Positions 57,631 through 64,000 of a stretch of 64,000 nucleotides of DNA are shown here, piece by piece (within the stretch, counting starts at the first letter, position 1; the number at the start of each line of letters is the position of its first letter). The translations under genes were made by a program, and so were the position numbers. The notes beneath the pieces were generated by a model. It did not search any database and was not told the DNA's origin. It saw only the letters and a program-made list of their open reading frames with translations. Origin of the DNA: an uncultured Verrucomicrobiae bacterium (GTDB lineage Bacteria; Verrucomicrobiota; Verrucomicrobiia; Chthoniobacterales; UBA10450); contig CAVTMK010000002.1 of NCBI GenBank assembly GCA_963735805.1, positions 640,001 through 704,000 on the forward strand, in the 5' to 3' direction.

Positions 57631-59052
57631 ATGGCTGCAGATCGAAAACCTAATTTAATTCTTTTTCTTCCGGACCAACAGAGAGCCGATACGATCGCAT
57701 GCTATGGAGGGGTAAAGGTTCACGCACCGAATCTAAACAAGCTTGCCTCTGAATCGGTGGTCTTTGAGCGGGCATATGTCACTCATCCGGTTTGCACACC
57801 CTCACGTTCTTCACTGATGAGTGGCACCTGGCCGCATACCAACGGATGCACCCGAAACAGCGTGCCCCTCGATCGGCGGTTTCGCGTTTTCCCTGAGCTG
57901 ATGGAAGACAGGGATTATCGCGCCGCCTATGTCGGGAAATGGCACCTTGGCGAGGAAGGACCGGTCGGGCGAGGATTTGATGAATGGATCTCGACTGATG
58001 ACAACGGCGATTACACGCATTTCCTCATTTCGAACGGGATCACGCCTGACAAACAGAACGGCCGATTTTCAGAGGTAGCGATCAGTAATCTGCCGATCGA
58101 ACTGTCCCGGCCAAAGTTTCTCGAGAGACATGCATGCGAATTTATCGAAAAACATCGCGGCGATCCTTTCATTCTCGTTGTTGGTTTTGTAGAACCGCAT
58201 TCGCCTTACAATGGCCCGCTCAATGATGAAAATCCGCTCGATGGGATAGCGCTTGATGAGACGGCCACTCTTCCTGAGAGCGAAGATATTCCGTTGCGTT
58301 ATCGTTTGATGCGGGAATGGCAGCAAGCGGAAGCTCAGCTAGATCGGGAGCGATTGCCTACTCAATTGTTCTTTGGTGTCACCCCTGAGGAATACCGGAG
58401 TATCAAGCAGCGCTATCTCGGCCTGGTTACGCTGGTGGATCAAAGCATTGGCGCAATCCTCGCGTGCCTCGAACGATGCAACTTGACCGACAACACGATT
58501 GTCGTGCACACGAGCGATCATGGCGACGGCCTGGGCGCGCACCATCTCTTTGGGAAAGAAACAATGTTTGAAGAAGCCGCACGTGTTCCCTTGTTAATTC
58601 GGCTCCCTGGTCAAACGCGCGTCAGAACCGTTCAGCAACCTGTCAGCCACATCGATTTTGTGCCGACGTTGCTTGATCTTCTCGGCCAGCCAAATCATCC
58701 CCAGTGCGCGGGCAAAAGTCTGCTCCCGTTACTTGGCGACGAAGCAGTGCTTCCAAAGAACGTATTTCTGGAGTGGGCGCCAAATCGGACGAAAATAAAG
58801 AAAGGCACCAAACTGGCGCGGCGATGGGCGATCAAGCGCGCCGTTGAAGAATCCACCCGAACGATCGTTTCGCCCGACGGCTGGAAGCTTTGCCTGCGCG
58901 ACAAAGATTCGAATGAATTGTATAATCTGACGGACGATCCGCACGAAATGCGCAATCTCTATGCGCAGCGGCAATATGCTTCGGTGATTTCGAGTCTTTC
59001 AGGTCAGGTTCACCGCTGGCAAGAGGTTTCCAACGACCGGCTCAAAATCTAA
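57631..59052 (+). CDS. Formylglycine-dependent sulfatase
   Basis: PNLI...DQQR, CTPSR (CxPxR), GKWHL, SDHG, ELYNLTDDPHE; no signal peptide. Confidence 0.92.
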   Translation: MAADRKPNLILFLPDQQRADTIACYGGVKVHAPNLNKLASESVVFERAYVTHPVCTPSRSSLMSGTWPHTNGCTRNSVPLDRRFRVFPELMEDRDYRAAYVGKWHLGEEGPVGRGFDEWISTDDNGDYTHFLISNGITPDKQNGRFSEVAISNLPIELSRPKFLERHACEFIEKHRGDPFILVVGFVEPHSPYNGPLNDENPLDGIALDETATLPESEDIPLRYRLMREWQQAEAQLDRERLPTQLFFGVTPEEYRSIKQRYLGLVTLVDQSIGAILACLERCNLTDNTIVVHTSDHGDGLGAHHLFGKETMFEEAARVPLLIRLPGQTRVRTVQQPVSHIDFVPTLLDLLGQPNHPQCAGKSLLPLLGDEAVLPKNVFLEWAPNRTKIKKGTKLARRWAIKRAVEESTRTIVSPDGWKLCLRDKDSNELYNLTDDPHEMRNLYAQRQYASVISSLSGQVHRWQEVSNDRLKI

Positions 59053-59076
59053 GCGGTCGCGCGCCACTGCCGTGGC

Positions 59077-59766
59077 TCAAAAGCGATACCCGTGCAATTC
59101 AATCTCCTTGGCGAACGCCCTTTCAACGATTCGCCGTTGTTCGTCGTTGAATACTTGCTGATATGGTCTGCGATCGGTTCGGTATTCCGATTTGGCAGCG
59201 ACACCAAGGCTACCGTCGAAAGGGATATTTAATTGTGAGAAGATTTCGCCGAGTTCAGAAAGCAGGTTTTCGTAACGAACAATCCGATCTACGATGATTT
59301 TTTCCCCCGTGCGATTGGTATATCGAAAGTAGTTCACAGGGAATCTACCTCGCGCTAGATAATCATTCAAAGAAAGCGAGCCGCCTTCGCGGGTGGCATG
59401 CATGTGGTAATGCGACAAAACCTTGTCCCAGGGATTTCGGTCGACGCAGAACTTGAAATAACTGTTCCAAATATCGCCAGGAACGCGCTTCCGTAGCTCA
59501 AATGCCGGCATGTGACGGTAAAACTTCTCGCGGCTGGTGATTGAATGTCGCAATGCTGAGAAGATCTTGCCTGGTCTCTCGAAGATTTCAGGAATCGGGT
59601 TGATAAAGCCCTCATAATTACGCGGCTGATGTCCCTCGATAGGCGGCTCAATGGGTGTCAGGACATCGGTCGGTCCGCAGTGTTTTGAAAGGAAGACCTC
59701 AATGCTGGTGCCTGCGGTCTTTGCAGTCTTGATAAAGATGAATTTGTATTTGTGGGACAGGATCAT
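59077..59766 (-). CDS. Sulfotransferase family 2 protein
   Basis: FIKTAKTAGTSI (5'-PSB), RNPWDKVLS (3'-PB), RYENL. Confidence 0.85.
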   Translation of the reverse strand: MILSHKYKFIFIKTAKTAGTSIEVFLSKHCGPTDVLTPIEPPIEGHQPRNYEGFINPIPEIFERPGKIFSALRHSITSREKFYRHMPAFELRKRVPGDIWNSYFKFCVDRNPWDKVLSHYHMHATREGGSLSLNDYLARGRFPVNYFRYTNRTGEKIIVDRIVRYENLLSELGEIFSQLNIPFDGSLGVAAKSEYRTDRRPYQQVFNDEQRRIVERAFAKEIELHGYRF

Positions 59767-59872
59767 GGAGGGTTAGCGCTTCCCGCCAGCAATAGGTCGC
59801 ACGACTGATAAGTAACCGCCAGTATTCGCCTAGTTCGACGACGCGCTGTAAAATGGTCACACAATTGGGCAA

Positions 59873-60484
59873 ATGATTTCTATTCAGAAACGTTTTCTGT
59901 TCGTTCACATTCCAAAGACGGCCGGGAATTCGATTCAGAGCGTCCTGCGCGATTACTCTGAGGATGAATTAGTGGCTTTGCGTAGTGAGCAGGACGGGGT
60001 GGAGCGCTTTGGGCTGCGCAATCCGAAGTACAAAATTAAGAAACACTCAACGCTGGCCGAGTACCGTGTCGCCCTCGGAGAAACGCAATTTAGCAACCTC
60101 TACAAGTTCACCTGCGTACGCAATCCATGGGACCGGATGGTTTCCTATTATTTCACGCCGACACAAAACACGGCCGCGTGGAATCGGAAGAAATTCAGGA
60201 CGATTATTGTTAAAGCTTTGTCGGCCGCGGAATACCTCGGGTTGAATCAGGACAAAGAAGATCCGTTCCAAAACGTTAATTACATCATGCGCTTTGAGAA
60301 TCTTGTGGACGATTTTCGAATCGTCTGTCGGACGTTAGACATCTCGCCGGCAACCCTGCCGCAGTATAACCGATCTAACCGGGAACATTATTCAAGCTAC
60401 TACGACGACGAGCTTCGTGAGTTAGTGCGCGCGCGGTTTGCCGCAGAGATCGAGCGTTTTGGCTATACCTTCGAGCGCCGATAA
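59873..60484 (+). CDS. Sulfotransferase family 2 protein
   Basis: FVHIPKTAGNSI, VRNPWDRMVSYY, RFENL. Confidence 0.88.
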   Translation: MISIQKRFLFVHIPKTAGNSIQSVLRDYSEDELVALRSEQDGVERFGLRNPKYKIKKHSTLAEYRVALGETQFSNLYKFTCVRNPWDRMVSYYFTPTQNTAAWNRKKFRTIIVKALSAAEYLGLNQDKEDPFQNVNYIMRFENLVDDFRIVCRTLDISPATLPQYNRSNREHYSSYYDDELRELVRARFAAEIERFGYTFERR

Positions 60485-60487
60485 GAA

Positions 60488-61225
60488 CTAGAGCTTTCCC
60501 AGGGTCATGTATTCGCCATCCGGCTGGCGAAACCATTCCGGTAACTCAATCCCTGCCGCGATCATGCTCTCGTAGCAATTCTGCGTGATCACACCTCGCC
60601 GGGTGCTCTCTCCAAAAACTGCGAAATTTTCCTTGGTCACGAACAGCCGGTGTTCGGACAACTTTGGGACGTCGTTTTTCAGGTCATCCATTGCTTTTGC
60701 GCTGGGAATATGGTCCGGCAAATGGGCGAACAGGTGCCGGAGGACTTTGGCGCGCAGGATTTGATGAATCCATATCTGGAACCAGGCTTTTCGCTCAAAG
60801 TAAACATCGCCAAATGGATTCCTAATCTTGCGCCGGTAGAGTGTCAGTTTTGGGTTAGTAAGAGTTGCCCTGCATCTACAAAACAAAAGACCGTCTACGT
60901 CCGGTGAGCGTATGGCGTGAGAAATCAGGCTCGCGATTTTATCGGTGACGAGTTGGATGGGGTATTTGTCGTCGATGCACCAATAAATCCATTCTTCATC
61001 GTCGATCTCCGTCAGCAGACGCAGAATAGTCCCCTTAATGTCCGACGGCGCCGTGAGATATTTGACCTGTTCGGTGTCAGTACCGCCAAGCTCCTGATAA
61101 GGAACATGGAAAACGAACGGATGATCCGGCCATAGCCGGTGATATTGAAAAATCATGTGTTCTGTGATTGCTCGATAGCGATCACAAGTGAGCACAATCG
61201 CTTTAATTTTATCCGGCGAACTCAT
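60488..61225 (-). CDS. Hypothetical protein, possibly GT-A glycosyltransferase-like
   Basis: IVLTCDRY N-terminus and YWCIDDKYP (DxD-like); overlaps the stop of the upstream sulfotransferase. Confidence 0.55.
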   Translation of the reverse strand: MSSPDKIKAIVLTCDRYRAITEHMIFQYHRLWPDHPFVFHVPYQELGGTDTEQVKYLTAPSDIKGTILRLLTEIDDEEWIYWCIDDKYPIQLVTDKIASLISHAIRSPDVDGLLFCRCRATLTNPKLTLYRRKIRNPFGDVYFERKAWFQIWIHQILRAKVLRHLFAHLPDHIPSAKAMDDLKNDVPKLSEHRLFVTKENFAVFGESTRRGVITQNCYESMIAAGIELPEWFRQPDGEYMTLGKL

Positions 61226-61853
61226 AGCCAAACCGCTCTATATCGACTTTGAACCTGTTCGCGATGATATCCCTGGTTCGCGGCGTGTAATATTCAGCGT
61301 AATGGCGCGTCCGTGGATTTTCTCTCCGATGCGGCAGCTTCTCGCTCACCCCCAGCTTTTTCGCCACAAAAGCCCAGTCTTCGTCGAGTCGCTCGAATTT
61401 TCCAATGAAGTCGGCTAGCACATTCCCATTTGGATCGACAAACCAATCCAGTTGGTAACGGTGCGGGGATGAGTGAACGCAGGTAGCGCTGCTGTATTGA
61501 ATCCAGTCGACGAACTCGTCGAACGTCATTTTGTCTCTCAGTTGTAGCGCCTCGGTGCGTTCATAAAGAGAGACAACCCGGTCCCACGGGTTGCGGACGA
61601 ATCCGAATTTGAAGTAAGTCTCGAATTGCTTGCCTCCGATTTCCGTCCGGCGCTTTTCGGGAAGTAACAAATACAGAGACCCAAGAATGCGATTCTTTCT
61701 TCCCCCGTAGTGCGTCCAATACGTCTCCATCTGGTTCTTGATCTGCCAGAGATTCAGATGTGGTTTCCAAGCCTTGCCCAGAATCGCTCTGACACTGGTC
61801 GAGCCTGTCTTGGGCACTTCTACAAAAATGCATCTGTATTTGTGAGAGATCAC
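61209..61853 (-). CDS. Sulfotransferase family 2 protein
   Basis: GTG start (M)ISHKYRCIFVEVPKTGSTSV, VRNPWDRVVSLY, GKFERL. Confidence 0.87.
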   Translation of the reverse strand: MISHKYRCIFVEVPKTGSTSVRAILGKAWKPHLNLWQIKNQMETYWTHYGGRKNRILGSLYLLLPEKRRTEIGGKQFETYFKFGFVRNPWDRVVSLYERTEALQLRDKMTFDEFVDWIQYSSATCVHSSPHRYQLDWFVDPNGNVLADFIGKFERLDEDWAFVAKKLGVSEKLPHRRENPRTRHYAEYYTPRTRDIIANRFKVDIERFGYEFAG

Positions 61854-61891
61854 TTCGCTTACGGGATGAAAGTATGGGAGCGACAAAATAA

Positions 61892-61964
61892 TGGGTCGGC
61901 CGGGACTCGAACCCGGAACCAACGCCTTAAAAGGGCGCTGCTCTACCAATTGAGCTACCGACCC
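61892..61964 (-). tRNA. tRNA-Lys(TTT)
   Basis: GGGTCGGTAGCTCAATTGGTAGAGCAGCGCCCTTTTAAGGCGTTGGTTCCGGGTTCGAGTCCCGGCCGACCCA; anticodon TTT. Confidence 0.97.
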
Positions 61965-62008
61965 GCCGCCGGAAAAGTTTTCTAATCCAGATCACGCGCT
62001 GTCGCAAG

Positions 62009-62069
62009 ATTGTAGGGCGGGTGCGTCACGTGGCAATAAGACGGGCAGGCGGAGCGCTTGTCCTACAAT
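62009..62069. repeat. Degenerate GTAG-type REPIN overlapping the HAD stop codon
   Basis: attgtagggcggg...cttgtcctacaat inverted termini. Confidence 0.6.
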
Positions 62070-62728
62070 TTCAACATCGTAACCAGATCGCGCAGCGAAT
62101 TCTTGGGTCTCTCCAATCGAAAGACCGACAAACCAGCCTGAGTAGCAGCTTGCCAATCCCGTTCTGGGTCGTCGCCAACATGAAGCACCTCGTTCGGTCT
62201 CAAACCGATTATTTTTAAGGCGCACAGATAAATCTCTGGATCCGGTTTGTCCGCTCCGATTTCGCTGGAAATGAAAATATGTGCAAAAAACTTCGAGATA
62301 CCGAGATGCTGCAGAATGAGCCGCAAACGACCGTCGAAATTTGAGATTACAGCGAGTCGAAACCGCGTCTGCAGTTGTTGCAGCACAGCAGGAACCTCCG
62401 GGTAAAGTTCCCAAACATCGGACTCGGCAAAATGTTCGTAAGCGATTTCGAAAAAATTATCCCGATCTAATTCACTCAACGAGGGACTGACCTGTGCGAG
62501 GACTATGTCGACAAGCTCGCGCCACCAGACTTTGTCATCGTTCTCTCGTGGGCCGGCGATCGCAGCGCGTCGCGGCATTTTCTTCCAAGCCAAATGAAAC
62601 GCGTCATCGAGTTGCTGTGCGTCGAGCGTAAGGCCTACCTGTTTTCCCACCTGTGCGTAGTGGTGGCCGACGGTTCCGTTCAGATAAAACAGCGTCCCCG
62701 CAGCGTCGAAAAAGATTGCCCGGATCAT
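62063..62728 (-). CDS. HAD-IA family hydrolase (REG-2-like)
   Basis: FFDAAGTL, ISNFD, KPDPEIY, HVGDD. Confidence 0.9.
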   Translation of the reverse strand: MIRAIFFDAAGTLFYLNGTVGHHYAQVGKQVGLTLDAQQLDDAFHLAWKKMPRRAAIAGPRENDDKVWWRELVDIVLAQVSPSLSELDRDNFFEIAYEHFAESDVWELYPEVPAVLQQLQTRFRLAVISNFDGRLRLILQHLGISKFFAHIFISSEIGADKPDPEIYLCALKIIGLRPNEVLHVGDDPERDWQAATQAGLSVFRLERPKNSLRDLVTMLKL

Positions 62729-62856
62729 TCCACCAAACGTTCAATGCCCAAGCCCGACTTGGCAACGTTAGGGCCGACTAACCGTTTCAACGTTTCGACT
62801 TCACGACAGTCGGGTCGATGCCGTGCCGTCTGACCAATGTGTGCCATAATTCAGTG

Positions 62857-63957
62857 ATGCTGCCGATCGAACATGACGATCCAATCAATGCCCGGATTTT
62901 ATCGATTTCGGAGGACAAAATCGAAGGATTCGTCCGGGAACCGTTTGAGGAAATCGCGAAACGTTCGGGTCTAAGTGTGGATGTGGTCATTGCGCGGATT
63001 GAGGCGATGTTGCGCGCGGGCACGATCCGACGCGTCCGACAAACTTTGCTTGCAACGAATCTGGCCGAGGGCGCCTTGGTGGCCTGGAAAGTTCCCGAGG
63101 ACGACATCGACACTGCCTTCGACTGGATGTTTCACCACGATCCCTTTTCGGGGCACGTTGTGCTGCGTTCCACGGAGACCGTCAGTGCCGGTTCTGATTA
63201 CAAACTTTGGACTACAGTGAAGGTCCCGCGGGGATTTTCATTGGAAGCGCATTGCCAGTTACTGGCAAAAAAAGTCGGGGCTGAACGTTTTCGACTTATG
63301 CCAGCAAAAGGAATCTTCACTCTCGGAGTAGGACACGTTCGCCGGAAGAAAATCGAGCCAGGTAGTAAGGCTGATCAGCCGGCAAAAATGGTTCCAGTGC
63401 AGATCGTCAATTTGAGTGACCGCCAATGGGATGTCCTGGTCGCGCTGAAGCGTGAATTTGCTCCGGAAGAGATCAGACCGTCGCCATGGGTTGCCCGAGC
63501 AAACGAAGCCGATGTCTCAGTCGAAGAATTCTTTCGCGTGGCGGAAGATCTAAATGGGCAAAGAATCATCGGGCGCTTTTCAACTTTTCTGGAACATGTC
63601 AAGCCTTCGGCGGGTGGTGTGCGCGTTACTCGATTTAACGCGCTGTTTCATTGGGCGGTTCCGCAAGGTCGTGAAATTGAAGCGGGCGGCGAAGTCGGCC
63701 GTCACCACATCTTGACCCATTGCTACTGGCGCGAAGCCGGGCCGGAATTTAAACACGTCAACATCATGGCCGTGGCCCACGGCACTGATAAGCAAATATT
63801 GCTCGATCATAAAGCAGCTATCGACCGACATCTTCACTCCAAAGATATCCCGGTCTCGTACACAAATGTTTTTTGGGGTGGGCGCAGCGAGATCAAGCCG
63901 TCGGAAATTTCGCCGCAAATCTACCGCGATTGGCTCTCACGGCAGTTGAAAGGTTAG
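62857..63957 (+). CDS. Lrp/AsnC-like siroheme decarboxylase AhbA-AhbB (NirDL-like) fusion
   Basis: Two tandem HTH plus AsnC-like halves; GHVVLR and THCYWR (HxxxR) motifs; ALVAWKVP / ALFHWAVP duplication. Confidence 0.7.
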   Translation: MLPIEHDDPINARILSISEDKIEGFVREPFEEIAKRSGLSVDVVIARIEAMLRAGTIRRVRQTLLATNLAEGALVAWKVPEDDIDTAFDWMFHHDPFSGHVVLRSTETVSAGSDYKLWTTVKVPRGFSLEAHCQLLAKKVGAERFRLMPAKGIFTLGVGHVRRKKIEPGSKADQPAKMVPVQIVNLSDRQWDVLVALKREFAPEEIRPSPWVARANEADVSVEEFFRVAEDLNGQRIIGRFSTFLEHVKPSAGGVRVTRFNALFHWAVPQGREIEAGGEVGRHHILTHCYWREAGPEFKHVNIMAVAHGTDKQILLDHKAAIDRHLHSKDIPVSYTNVFWGGRSEIKPSEISPQIYRDWLSRQLKG

Positions 63958-64000
63958 CGAGTCGTAGGCGGCGGTGTTGTCTGCGGCAGGGTCGGGGATG

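Noticed and set aside
57631..61891. Integrated element at tRNA-Lys
   Set aside because: No duplicate of the tRNA-Lys 3' end and no integrase were seen, so it is reported only as a gene cluster.
61854..61949. N-terminal extension of the 246-aa sulfotransferase ORF
   Set aside because: It reads through tRNA-Lys; the GTG at 61853 matches the N-termini of the paralogs.

Overview
Chromosomal region of a Verrucomicrobiota bacterium, most like Chthoniobacterales / Ca. Udaeobacter. This is inferred from a VPDSG-CTERM protein, a MurC-MurB fusion, a LysM gene between murD and ftsW and a GuaB3-type IMPDH. Left to right: partial gndA, moaE and pgsA; a decayed integrase-less accessory island at the 3' end of tRNA-Gly(TCC) carrying att-like duplications, a 204-bp direct repeat, a VPDSG-CTERM protein, an FG-GAP protein and a GH18-like protein; an exbB-exbD-tonB-like-Zn ribbon-guaB3-fabF operon; the dcw cluster mraZ to ftsZ; a family-B DNA polymerase; peptidase, redox and transporter genes; housekeeping genes (msrA, trmB, comEC, rarA, UbiA family, rpiB, DnaJ class, UDG); a sulfatase plus three sulfotransferases beside tRNA-Lys(TTT); a HAD hydrolase and an AhbAB/NirDL-like fusion. 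The strongest observations are: (1) GTAG-type REP/REPIN palindromes inserted in frame in a PolB whose proofreading motifs appear dead; (2) an ExbB/ExbD pair that both lack canonical proton-path residues; (3) an NTT-like carrier next to two Tat-signal NAD(P)-dependent oxidoreductases; (4) a shared (R/M)KAIPV tail motif in FtsI and FtsQ. No CRISPR array, rRNA, integrase, transposase or reverse transcriptase was found. All calls come from reading motifs by eye; no database searches were run.
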